Assembly: GCA_021771635.1 (NCBI GenBank)
Contig: JAETOQ010000006.1
Location: 1,908-65,907, forward strand
Direction: 5' to 3'
DNA: 64,000 nt
Source: Oscillospiraceae bacterium
GTDB lineage: Bacteria; Bacillota; Clostridia; Oscillospirales; Oscillospiraceae
Below are positions 36,964 through 45,865 of the stretch, piece after piece; the first letter of the stretch is position 1, and each line of letters begins with the position of its first letter. Under the pieces are notes generated by a model. It did not search any database. It had not been told where the DNA came from and saw only the letters and a list, made by a program, of their open reading frames with translations. The position numbers and the translations under genes are program-made.

Positions 36964-37750
36964 GGTCAAGAATATCCATAAGACATTCAACGCGGGCACG
37001 GTCAACGAAAAGCACGCCCTGCGGGGCGTGAGCCTGACGCTGAACGACGGCGACTTCGTCACGGTCATCGGCGGCAACGGCGCCGGCAAGTCCACCCTGT
37101 TGAACGCCGTGGCCGGCGTGTGGGCCGTGGACAGCGGCAGCATCTCCATCGACGGCAGAGACCTGACCCACATGCCGGAACACAAGCGGGCCCGGTACAT
37201 CGGCCGCGTGTTCCAGGATCCCATGCAGGGCACCGCCGCCACCATGCAGATCGAGGAAAACCTGGCCCTGGCCGCCCGCCGGGGCAAGCGCCGCACACTC
37301 CGCCCCGGCATCACCAAGGCGGAGCGGGCGGAGTATATCGAGCGGCTGAAAATTCTGGACCTGGGCCTGGAGGAGCGGCTGACCAGCAAGGTGGGCCTGC
37401 TCTCCGGCGGACAGCGCCAGGCGCTGACACTGCTGATGGCCACCCTGATCAAGCCCCAGCTGCTGCTGTTGGACGAACACACCGCCGCCCTGGATCCCAA
37501 GACCGCCGCAAAGGTGCTGGACGCCACGGACCTCCTGGTGTCCAAGGACCATTTGACGACACTCATGATCACCCACAACATGAAGGATGCCATTGCCCAT
37601 GGCAACCGGCTCATCATGATGTATGAGGGGCGCATCGTCATCGACGTCTCCGGTGAGGAGAAAAGGAAGCTGACCGTCCCCCAGCTGCTGGAGCTGTTCA
37701 ACAAGGTCAGCGGCAGTGACGAGGCAGACGACAAGCTGCTGCTCTCGTAA
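36956..37750 (+). CDS. ABC transporter ATP-binding protein (TrpZ-like)
   Basis: Walker A GGNGAGKST, LSGGQRQ and LLLLDEHTAALD. ATG 36956 follows an AAGGAG RBS. Confidence 0.9.
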   Translation: MFEVKNIHKTFNAGTVNEKHALRGVSLTLNDGDFVTVIGGNGAGKSTLLNAVAGVWAVDSGSISIDGRDLTHMPEHKRARYIGRVFQDPMQGTAATMQIEENLALAARRGKRRTLRPGITKAERAEYIERLKILDLGLEERLTSKVGLLSGGQRQALTLLMATLIKPQLLLLDEHTAALDPKTAAKVLDATDLLVSKDHLTTLMITHNMKDAIAHGNRLIMMYEGRIVIDVSGEEKRKLTVPQLLELFNKVSGSDEADDKLLLS

Positions 37751-38022
37751 GCCGCTGACCGGGGCCCCGCGCAGCGGGGCGCGCCGTATGGCGCGTCAAG
37801 CGTTTGCCCCAGGCAAACCTTGGAGCGGGCGGGCTCTGCCTGTCCGCTCCAGTCCTATCGCAGGGCTCCCGTCCGGAAATCCGGACGGGAATCAGCGGCA
37901 GCGATGAGGCGGACGACAAGCTGCTGCTCTCATAAGCCGCTGAACGGGGCCCCGCGCAGCGGGGCGCGCCGTATGGCGCGTCAAGCGTTTGCCCCAGGCA
38001 AACCTTGGAGCGGGCGGGCTCT
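37707..38022 (+). repeat. 131-bp direct duplication (37707-37837 and 37892-38022) including the last 12 codons of the ATPase gene
   Basis: The copies differ at 5 positions. All 4 differences inside the coding fragment are synonymous (both read SGSDEADDKLLLS*). A 54-bp hairpin spacer lies between them. Confidence 0.9.
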
Positions 38023-38200
38023 ATGTCCCATGGGATATGATGCCGGGCAGGGATCTCCTGCCCGGCGTTTTTATGCGGAGCAGGATCTGCCGGCCTCGGC
38101 CTGCGTTTATGCTGCCCTCCCTGGCAGATGCCGCAGGGCCCTTTTGGGCAATCCCCTTTATCTATTTAAATCGGCAGCGCAAATTTGTGCATTTTCACAG

Positions 38201-38229
38201 TTGACAATCGTTCGCCGGTTGCGTATAAT
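38201..38229 (+). promoter_or_regulatory. consensus sigma-A promoter of the T-box leader
   Basis: TTGACA (38201-38206), 17-nt spacer, TATAAT (38224-38229). Confidence 0.8.
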
Positions 38230-38235
38230 GCAAAG

Positions 38236-38517
38236 CAATCAAATATAAAACCGATGAGCAAGAGGAGTAACCGGCTAGGGGACCTTTCAGAGAGCTGTGG
38301 ATGGTGGGATCACAGCAGAGAACTTTCCGGCGAATGGACTTGCGAGGGCAGCGCGAACGAGCAAACCGCTTCAGTAGCATATGACGGGGACCGCACCCGT
38401 TATCAGGGCGGCACGGATGAATGTCCGTGAAAGGAGCGGGCGCTATGCGTCAACTTGGGTGGTACCGCAGGATTTAAGTCTTGTCCCAACTTTGGGATAG
38501 GGCTTTTTATTTTTTTC
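38236..38517 (+). promoter_or_regulatory. T-box riboswitch leader, tryptophan specifier (UGG)
   Basis: GA/K-turn GAUGAG, AGUA, AG bay CAGAGAG, distal GGUGGGA. Specifier loop GAA-UGG-A-CUUGCGAG with UGG at 38335-38337. T-box TTGGGTGGTACCGCAGG at 38455-38471. Terminator at 38476-38517. Confidence 0.9.
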
Positions 38518-38607
38518 CTGGGAGGTCAAATGACATGAAGCTTTACACAAAACGATGGCGCGGCTGGTGACAGACAGCAGTTTCCATCCCCGGCCGCAAT
38601 GAGCTGA

Positions 38608-38782
38608 TATAGTTGACGCAGTTGAAAAGAAGCAAAGCCTTCTTTTCAACTTGTGGGGGCAGCTCACCCCACAAGGCCGCAAAGCGGCCTTGTGGCAGAC
38701 GTCCGCACAGGGGCAGCGCCCGGCAGCGGCTCCGCCGCTGTCAGGAAATCGGTATTTGCCGATTTTCAAGTGTGCCGACTAT
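38608..38782 (+). repeat. Family B structured repeat, copy 3 of 4, inside the 5' UTR between the T-box terminator and SBP gene 2
   Basis: Full-length alignment with the other B copies. Confidence 0.9.
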
Positions 38783-38817
38783 CTCATCATTATCATATAT
38801 AGATTGGAGAAATCACG

Positions 38818-39819
38818 ATGAAAAACTTGAAGAAGATCACTTCCGCCGTTCTGGCGCTGACTCTGGCCCTCTCTCTGACCGCCTGCGGCGGCAAGACCGA
38901 GACTCCCGACACCCCCGATGAACCCGCCAAGATGTATAAGATCGGCATCTCCCAGTACGGCGAGCACGCCTCGCTGGACAACTGCCGGGAGGGCTTCCTC
39001 CAGGGTCTGGCCCAGGCCGGCCTTGTAGAAGACGTGGACTTTAAGGTGGATTACCAGAATGCCGGTTTTGATGACGCCATCGCCACCCAGATCGGCCAGA
39101 GCTTCTCCGCCGGGGATGTGGATCTGATGGTGGGCATCGCCACCCCCTCCGCCGTGGCCTGCTTCAACGCCGCGGAGGACAAGGATATCCCCGTGATCTT
39201 CACCGCCATCACCGATCCCGTCCAGGCCAAGCTGGATTCCGGCAACGTCACCGGGACCTCCGATAAGCTCCCCGTGGAGGCCCAGCTGGACCTGATCCGC
39301 CAGCTGCAGCCCAGCGCCAAGACCATCGGCATCATCTACACCACCAGCGAACCCAACTCCGTCTCCACCATCGCCGAGTACAAAGAGAAGGCCGGGGACT
39401 ACGGCTTTACCATCGATGCCATCGGCGTCACCGCCCAGTCCGAGGTCACCCAGGCCGCCGATACCCTGATCTCCCACGAGGTGGACTGCTTCTCCAACCT
39501 GACCGACAACAACGTGGTGGGCGTTCTTCCCGCCATTCTGGAAAAGACCGACGCCGCGGGGATCCCTGTGTACGGCTCTGAGGTGGAACAGGTCAAGATC
39601 GGCTGTGTGGCCTCCGCCGGCATCGATTACGTCCAGCTGGGCATCCAGACCGGCCTGATGGCCGCCAAGGTCCTCCGGGGAGAGGCCGCCTGCCAGGATA
39701 TCCCCTACGAGACCATCTCCGAATACGGCATCTATGTGAACTCCGACGCGCTGAACGCCCTGGGCATCGTCCTGCCGGAGGCCGTGGCGGAGAAAGCCAT
39801 TGAATCCGCTGATGCCTGA
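38818..39819 (+). CDS. ABC transporter substrate-binding lipoprotein (TrpX-like), paralogue 2
   Basis: Lipobox LSLTAC. YKIGISQYGEHASLDNCREGF resembles the SBP at 34783. Confidence 0.8.
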   Translation: MKNLKKITSAVLALTLALSLTACGGKTETPDTPDEPAKMYKIGISQYGEHASLDNCREGFLQGLAQAGLVEDVDFKVDYQNAGFDDAIATQIGQSFSAGDVDLMVGIATPSAVACFNAAEDKDIPVIFTAITDPVQAKLDSGNVTGTSDKLPVEAQLDLIRQLQPSAKTIGIIYTTSEPNSVSTIAEYKEKAGDYGFTIDAIGVTAQSEVTQAADTLISHEVDCFSNLTDNNVVGVLPAILEKTDAAGIPVYGSEVEQVKIGCVASAGIDYVQLGIQTGLMAAKVLRGEAACQDIPYETISEYGIYVNSDALNALGIVLPEAVAEKAIESADA

Positions 39820-39842
39820 TTTCCCGCAAAGGAGCTGCGCTT

Positions 39843-40703
39843 ATGAAACTCGTCACCTACCGCCATGGAGACAGGGAGCTGGCAGGCGCCCTGACAGCGG
39901 ATATGGCCGCTGTTCTTCCCCTCCCCTACTCCGATATGAACGATCTGATCGGCTCCGCGTCCTTCACGGAACTGCTCTCCGCCGCACAAGCGGCGGAGAG
40001 CCGCGGCGCTTGTGTGCCCCTGTCCGAGGTGTCGTTGTGCGCCCCCATCCCCCGGCCCCGGCAGGATGTGATCTGCCTGGGCATCAACTACAAGGCCCAC
40101 GCCGATGAATCCACCCGGTATGACGCCTCCGCGTTCGGCGGCGAGCGTCCCGTTCCCATCTACTTCTCCAAGCGTGTCAGCGAGGCCGTGGCCCCGGAGG
40201 GCTTCATCGATAGCCACCCCGGCCTGGTCCAGCGGCTGGACTACGAGGCCGAGCTGGCCGTCATCATCGGGAGGGCCGCCCGGAATGTCAAAGCCGCCGA
40301 GGACCATATCTTCGGCTACACCGTTCTCAACGACGTCTCCGCCCGGCTGCTGCAGACCACCCATAAGCAGTGGTATTTCGGCAAGGGCCTGGACGGCTTC
40401 ACCCCCATGGGCCCCTGCATCGTCACGGCGGACGAGATCAGCTTTCCCCCGGCCCTGGCCATCTCCTCCCGCGTCAACGGCGAGCTGCGGCAGAACTCCA
40501 CCACAGACCTGCTGATTACCGGCATCGCGGAGATCATAGAGGAGCTGTCCTCCGGCATGACGCTGCTGCCCGGCACCATCATCGCCACCGGCACGCCCGC
40601 CGGTGTGGGCATGGGCTTTGATCCCCCAAAGTTCTTAAGCCCCGGCGACGTGGTGGAATGCACCATCGAGGGCATCGGCACCTTGCGGAACACGGTCCGC
40701 TGA
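39843..40703 (+). CDS. fumarylacetoacetate hydrolase (FAH) family protein
   Basis: LDYEAELAVIIG, GYTVLNDVSAR and GTPAGVG motifs of the FAH fold. Confidence 0.8.
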   Translation: MKLVTYRHGDRELAGALTADMAAVLPLPYSDMNDLIGSASFTELLSAAQAAESRGACVPLSEVSLCAPIPRPRQDVICLGINYKAHADESTRYDASAFGGERPVPIYFSKRVSEAVAPEGFIDSHPGLVQRLDYEAELAVIIGRAARNVKAAEDHIFGYTVLNDVSARLLQTTHKQWYFGKGLDGFTPMGPCIVTADEISFPPALAISSRVNGELRQNSTTDLLITGIAEIIEELSSGMTLLPGTIIATGTPAGVGMGFDPPKFLSPGDVVECTIEGIGTLRNTVR

Positions 40704-40725
40704 CTTTCAAAAGGAGGATTTCTCT

Positions 40726-41664
40726 ATGCAGGACCTGCTTATCAGCACTCTGATCCAGGGGCTGATCTACGCGCTGATCTCCTTCGGCGTCTATATCACC
40801 TATTCCATTCTGGACTTCCCCGACCTGGGCGTGGACGGCACCTTTCCCCTTGGCGCCGCCATCACCGCCGTGCTGCTGACCAGGGGCGTCAACGCCTGGC
40901 TGACGCTGCCGACCGCCATCCTGGTGGGCACGCTGGCCGGACTGTTCACCGGGCTCATCCATGTGCGGCTGAAGATCCGGAACCTGCTGGCCGGCATCAT
41001 CACCATGACCGCCCTCTTCTCCGTCAATCTGCAGATCGCCGGTTCCAATCTGGCGGTGGACCGGGACACGGACACCATTTTCACCTCCCCCGCCGTCATG
41101 GCCCTGTTCGGGGATATGACGCTGATGGGACGGAAGCTGGTGATCTCCCTGCTTCTGGTAGCAGCCGTCAAGGTGCTCCTGGACCTCTACTTTAAGACCA
41201 AATCCGGCCTGCTTCTGCGGGCCGTGGGCGACAATGCCGGGCTGGTCACCGCCCTGGCAAAGGACCGCGGCAGCGTGAAGATCCTGGGCTTGGCGATCTC
41301 CAACGCCCTGGTGGCCCTGGCGGGCTGCATCGTCTGCCACGACCTGCGGAGCTACTCCGCCACCATGGGCACCGGCCAGCTGGTATACGGCCTGGCGGCG
41401 GTCATCATCGGCATCTCCACCTTCCGCTTTTATGAGGGTTCTCCCCTTGCCCGGATGTTCCGGAGCCGGAAGGCCCTGCGCTGGCTGGGCGCGCCCGCCG
41501 GGACCACGGCGGTCATCGTGGGCAGCGTGCTCTACAAGCTGTGCATCCAGATCGCCCTGAGCATGGGCCTGCCCGCCAACATGATGAAGCTGATCACCGC
41601 CATGCTGTTTTTGCTGGTGCTGGTCCTGTCCGGACGGAAGGGAGAGGAGATCATCCATGCTTGA
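40726..41664 (+). CDS. ABC transporter permease (TrpY-like), paralogue 2
   Basis: 312-aa polytopic protein, similar to 36040-36963. Confidence 0.8.
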   Translation: MQDLLISTLIQGLIYALISFGVYITYSILDFPDLGVDGTFPLGAAITAVLLTRGVNAWLTLPTAILVGTLAGLFTGLIHVRLKIRNLLAGIITMTALFSVNLQIAGSNLAVDRDTDTIFTSPAVMALFGDMTLMGRKLVISLLLVAAVKVLLDLYFKTKSGLLLRAVGDNAGLVTALAKDRGSVKILGLAISNALVALAGCIVCHDLRSYSATMGTGQLVYGLAAVIIGISTFRFYEGSPLARMFRSRKALRWLGAPAGTTAVIVGSVLYKLCIQIALSMGLPANMMKLITAMLFLLVLVLSGRKGEEIIHA

Positions 41665-42430
41665 GATACAGAACATCACAAAAGTCTACAATCCCGGCAC
41701 CATTACGGAGCATTGCCTGTTCGACCGCTTCTCCCTGACGGTGGAGGAGGGCCAGTTTGTGGCCATCGTGGGCAGCAACGGCAGCGGCAAGACCTCCCTG
41801 CTGAACATCATCTGCGGCTCCATCCCCATCGAGGGCGGCGACGTGCTTGTGGACGGCCAAAGCATTGCCAGGATGAAGGATTACCAGCGCTATGCCGCCA
41901 TGGGCCGTGTCTATCAAAATCCTGCGGCGGGCACCTGCCCCAATCTGACCATGCTGGAAAACCTGTCCCTGGCGGACAACAAGGGCAAGACCTTCGGCCT
42001 CAGCCGGGCCGTGAATAAAAAACGCGTCGACTTTTACCGGGAGCAGCTCCAGTCTCTGGGGCTGGGCCTGGAGGATAAGCTGGATGTGAAGATGGGCGCC
42101 CTCTCCGGCGGGCAGAGGCAGGCCGTCTCCCTGCTGATGGCCACCATGACGCCTCTCCGCTTCCTGATTCTGGACGAACACACCGCCGCACTGGACCCCA
42201 AGACCGCGGAGATCATCATGGAGCTGACGGACAAGGTGGTCCGGGAAAAGCACCTCACCGCCATGATGGTGACACACAACCTGCGCTATGCCGTGGAGTA
42301 CGGCGACCGTGTCCTGATGATGGACCGGGGCCATGTGGTCCTGGACCGGGCGGGAGAGGAAAAAAAGAACACCTCTATTGACGACATTCTTGAGATGTTC
42401 AATCAGATCTCCATCGTATGCGGAAACTAA
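41657..42430 (+). CDS. ABC transporter ATP-binding protein (TrpZ-like), paralogue 2
   Basis: GSNGSGKTS, LSGGQRQ and FLILDEHTAALD. Confidence 0.9.
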   Translation: MLEIQNITKVYNPGTITEHCLFDRFSLTVEEGQFVAIVGSNGSGKTSLLNIICGSIPIEGGDVLVDGQSIARMKDYQRYAAMGRVYQNPAAGTCPNLTMLENLSLADNKGKTFGLSRAVNKKRVDFYREQLQSLGLGLEDKLDVKMGALSGGQRQAVSLLMATMTPLRFLILDEHTAALDPKTAEIIMELTDKVVREKHLTAMMVTHNLRYAVEYGDRVLMMDRGHVVLDRAGEEKKNTSIDDILEMFNQISIVCGN

Positions 42431-42590
42431 GAGTTTATCCGTAAATTAGGCGTGCGCAGGTTGCGCCGTCAGATTTTGTGTCAGACGAGGCGGTTTTTTG
42501 CAGGCGGGCTAACGCCCGGCAAGAAAAAGCAGCGAAGTATGCCGCAAAATATGCAAGCAAGCTGTGCGCGCATAATTTATGGATAAGCTC
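42431..42590. repeat. Family H 160-bp palindromic element starting on the base after the ATPase stop codon
   Basis: 34-bp terminal inverted repeats GAGTTTATCCGTAAATTAGGCGTGCGCAGGTTGC and GCAAGCTGTGCGCGCATAATTTATGGATAAGCTC, about 27/34 complementary. Confidence 0.75.
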
Positions 42591-42596
42591 TAAAAG

Positions 42597-42626
42597 AAAG
42601 CGGGCCGTCTTGACGGCCCGCTTTTT
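42597..42626 (+). terminator. intrinsic terminator of ABC operon 2
   Basis: GCGGGCCGTC/GACGGCCCGC followed by TTTTT. Confidence 0.8.
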
Positions 42627-42811
42627 ATAGTTGACGCAGTTGAAAAGAAGTAAAGACTTCTTTTCAACTTGTGGGGTGAGATGTCTCCCCCCACAAGGCC
42701 GCAAAGCGGCCTTGCGTCAGACTTCATAGTCAGCACACGGGCGGCGCCCGGCAGCGGCTCTGCTGCTGTAAGAAAATCGGTATTTACCGATTTTCAAGTG
42801 TGCCGACTATA
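42626..42811 (+). repeat. Family B structured repeat, copy 4 of 4
   Basis: TATAGTTGACGCAG...GTGTGCCGACTATA. Outer stem TGACGCA/TGCGTCA encloses three hairpins, followed by two more. Confidence 0.9.
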
Positions 42812-42894
42812 TCAGCTTTCACAAGCGTCAAGCCGGCGGTCCGAAAGGACCGCCGGCTTGCTCATAGGGGGAGAGTATGGAAGTTTTCGTCTGC

Positions 42895-44100
42895 TTATTT
42901 CGCAGCAGCAGTCTTCTTCTTGCCGGTAATGGCGTCCATCAGGACAGCGATGGCGCCGTCACCAGTGACGTTGCAGGCGGTGCCGAAGGAGTCCTGCGCG
43001 ATGTACAGGGCGATCATGAGGCCGCACATGGTCTCGTCAAAGCCCAGCATGGACTGCAGGATGCCCAGAGCGGCCATAACAGCGCCGCCGGGGACGCCGG
43101 GAGCGGCAACCATGGTGACACCCAGCATCAGGATGAAGGGGAACATCTTGCCGAAGGTGATGGGCTGGCCCATCATCATCATAACGGCGATGGAGCAGCT
43201 GGTCAGGGTGATGGTGGAGCCGGACAGGTGGATGGTGGCGCACAGGGGGCACACGAACTCCGCGATGGAATCAGACACACCGTTCTTCTTGGTGCACTCC
43301 ACGGTAACGGGAATGGTGGCGGCGGAGGACTGGGTGCCGATGGCGGTGGTGTAAGCGGGGATCATGTTCTTGATCAGAGCGAAGGGGCTCTTCTTGGCCG
43401 CGGAACCAGCAATGGTGTACTGGAACAGCAGGATGACCACATGCAGCACGATGATGACGGCGAAGACCTTGATGAAGGAGGTCATCAGCTCAACGATGGT
43501 GCCGGCGTAGGCCAGCTTGGCGAAGATGCCGTACACGTGGAAGGGCAGCAGGGGGATGACGATGCTGGCCACCAGCTTGTTGATGATCTCAGCGAAGTCG
43601 TCCATCACCAGCTTCATGGAGTTGTTCTTGATGATAGCCATGCCCAGGCCCAGGATGAAGGCCATCAGCAGAGCGGTCATAACGCCCATGATGGGAGGCA
43701 TGTCAATGGTGAACAGAGAGCTGACGACGGTCTCTTCAGCGTTCTCAGCGTCTTCCATGAACATGTCGGCGTGGACCAGCATGGGGAACAGCAGGGTGTC
43801 GACCACATAGGCCAGCGTGCCGGCGATGATGGTGGACAAATAGGCGATGCCGGTGGTCTGAGCCAGTGTCTTGCCGGCGCCGGCGCCCAGGTCAGCAATG
43901 CCGGGGGCGACGAAGCCGATGATGATCAGAGGAATGACGAAGCTCAGGAAGTTGCCGAAAATGCTGTTGTAGGTAGCACCGATGCGGATGATGATCTCAC
44001 CGACGCTGCCCATGGGCTGAGCGACGAAGCCAACCACGATACCGAGAACGATCGCGATGACCAGTTTGGGCAGCAAGCCCAGTTTTTTCTTCTTTTCCAT
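42895..44100 (-). CDS. sstT: dicarboxylate/amino acid:cation symporter family transporter (serine/threonine transporter SstT-like)
   Basis: 401 aa with SSAATIPV and DSFGTACNVTGD motifs of the DAACS fold. Co-directional with threonine dehydratase. Confidence 0.7.
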   Translation of the reverse strand: MEKKKKLGLLPKLVIAIVLGIVVGFVAQPMGSVGEIIIRIGATYNSIFGNFLSFVIPLIIIGFVAPGIADLGAGAGKTLAQTTGIAYLSTIIAGTLAYVVDTLLFPMLVHADMFMEDAENAEETVVSSLFTIDMPPIMGVMTALLMAFILGLGMAIIKNNSMKLVMDDFAEIINKLVASIVIPLLPFHVYGIFAKLAYAGTIVELMTSFIKVFAVIIVLHVVILLFQYTIAGSAAKKSPFALIKNMIPAYTTAIGTQSSAATIPVTVECTKKNGVSDSIAEFVCPLCATIHLSGSTITLTSCSIAVMMMMGQPITFGKMFPFILMLGVTMVAAPGVPGGAVMAALGILQSMLGFDETMCGLMIALYIAQDSFGTACNVTGDGAIAVLMDAITGKKKTAAAK

Positions 44101-44177
44101 GTTTTCCTTTGGTCCCCGGCCTTTCTCCCGGAGGACCCCCTCCTTATTTTTTTTATTGATTGCCGAGTTTGTATGTA

Positions 44178-45371
44178 TTACTTGCTCAGCAAAGAATAAC
44201 CCTTGGATTCCATAGCCTCTTCGATCTGCGCCACGTGCTCGGCATTGCGGGTCTCCAGGACCATGGAGACGATGCAGGCGCCCACGTCGGAGTCCTTGTC
44301 CTCACGCTCGTGGTTGACGCTGAGGATGTTGGCGCCGCAGTCAGACACCACCTGGAGCACCTGGATCAGGCTGCCGGGCTTGTCGATGACCTTGGTGGTG
44401 ATCTCAGCGATGCGGCCGGCCTTGGTCAGGCCGCGGGTGACCACACGGTTCAGCGTGGTCACGTCCACGTTGCCGCCGGACACGACGCAGACGGTCTTCT
44501 TGGTGCTGATGTCCACCTTGCCGTACAGGCAGGCGGCCACGGTGGTGGCGCCGGCGCCCTCGGCAACGGTCTTCTGGCCCTCCATCAGTGTCAGGATGGC
44601 GCCGGCGATCTCGTCCTCGGTGACGGTGACGATCTCGTCCACATACTTCTGGACCATCTCGAAGGTCTTGTCGCCGGGGGTCAGGACGTGGATGCCGTCG
44701 GCAATGGTGTCGCCGTCGGGCACGGTGACCACATGGCCGGCCTTCACGGCCTCATACATGGAGGGCACCTTGGCGGCCTGCACGCCGATGACGCGGCACT
44801 CGGGCTTCAGGCTCTTGATGGCGCAGGCGATGCCGGAGATCAGGCCGCCGCCGCCGATGGGGCAGACCACCTGCTCCACATCGGGGAGCTGTTCCAGGAT
44901 CTCCAGGCCGATGGTGCCCTGGCCGGCCATCACGTACTCGTCATTGAAGGGATGGGCGATGGTGTAGCCCTTTTCGGCGGCCAGACGGGCGCACTCCCGG
45001 GCGGCGTCGTCAAACACGCCGGGGACCAGCACCACCTCTGCGCCGTACTTCTTGGTGGCCTCCACCTTGGAGATGGGGGCGCCGGCGGGCATGCAGATGA
45101 CGGACTTGATACCCTGCTTGGTGGCGGCCAGGGCGATGCCCTGGGCGTGGTTGCCGGCGGAGCTGGCGATGACGCCCTTGGAGGCCTCCTCCGGTGTCAG
45201 AGAGCGGATCTTGTTGTAGGCGCCGCGAAGCTTGAACGCGCCGGTCTCCTGCAGGTTCTCAGCCTTGATGTACAGATTGTCGGCGATCTTGGACGCGGCG
45301 TCCAGAGGCGTCCGGCGGACAACTCCCTTCAGCGCGGCCTGCGCCTCCTGGATCATTTCCAAAGTAAGCAT
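44178..45371 (-). CDS. threonine ammonia-lyase (threonine dehydratase) with C-terminal ACT-like domain
   Basis: PLP lysine motif ETGAFKLRGAYNK and SAGNHAQG. ATG 45371 has a GGGAGGG RBS. Confidence 0.85.
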   Translation of the reverse strand: MLTLEMIQEAQAALKGVVRRTPLDAASKIADNLYIKAENLQETGAFKLRGAYNKIRSLTPEEASKGVIASSAGNHAQGIALAATKQGIKSVICMPAGAPISKVEATKKYGAEVVLVPGVFDDAARECARLAAEKGYTIAHPFNDEYVMAGQGTIGLEILEQLPDVEQVVCPIGGGGLISGIACAIKSLKPECRVIGVQAAKVPSMYEAVKAGHVVTVPDGDTIADGIHVLTPGDKTFEMVQKYVDEIVTVTEDEIAGAILTLMEGQKTVAEGAGATTVAACLYGKVDISTKKTVCVVSGGNVDVTTLNRVVTRGLTKAGRIAEITTKVIDKPGSLIQVLQVVSDCGANILSVNHEREDKDSDVGACIVSMVLETRNAEHVAQIEEAMESKGYSLLSK

Positions 45372-45865
45372 AAAAAACCCTCCCAAATAAATATTTATTC
45401 ACTTCCGTGCTTTGCGCTTCTTGTCTCGTGAATCCGGGAAAAATATTCGTCGTTTTACTTAAACTTCAAACTCATCTTCAAAGTTTTTTTATTTGTTTTG
45501 TTTTCCCGTCCATACTCAATGAACAATCAGGGCGCAATCGTCCCTTTTTCTGCTACAATTATACAAGTAGTTCCGGGGTAATACAATGCACAAATCTCCC
45601 AAACGTTTCCCGGTCGAATACTGCCTTTTGACGAACTGTCTTTCTATCAAATACAAATGAATGCTTCCTGTAAATATGTGGATGCCTCTGCCCGCGGTGC
45701 CGGCTCTTCCCGCAAATTTCTCCCCTCTGCGACCGCTGTACCGCTTTTTCGGAAATGTCCCCCGGCGGACCGATGAAGGCACAGCGGAGCCGTGATTTTT
45801 TTCAAATCATGTCTCCGCCGTCCGTCTGCCGTGTCCCTGTATGCTCAGATGTATAAAGAAGTGTA

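Noticed and set aside
8091-42811. Possibility that the recurring hairpin repeats are a CRISPR array
   Set aside because: The copies are 170-190 bp, lie kilobases apart in different intergenic regions, and have no regular repeat-spacer periodicity. No cas genes are present.
42626-42811. Cloverleaf-like core of Family B as a tRNA or tmRNA gene
   Set aside because: The arm lengths (12-bp first arm, 3-nt third loop) do not fit a tRNA. There are no T-loop GTTCRANYC, D-loop or anticodon-loop conventions and no CCA context. Only the topology resembles a tRNA.
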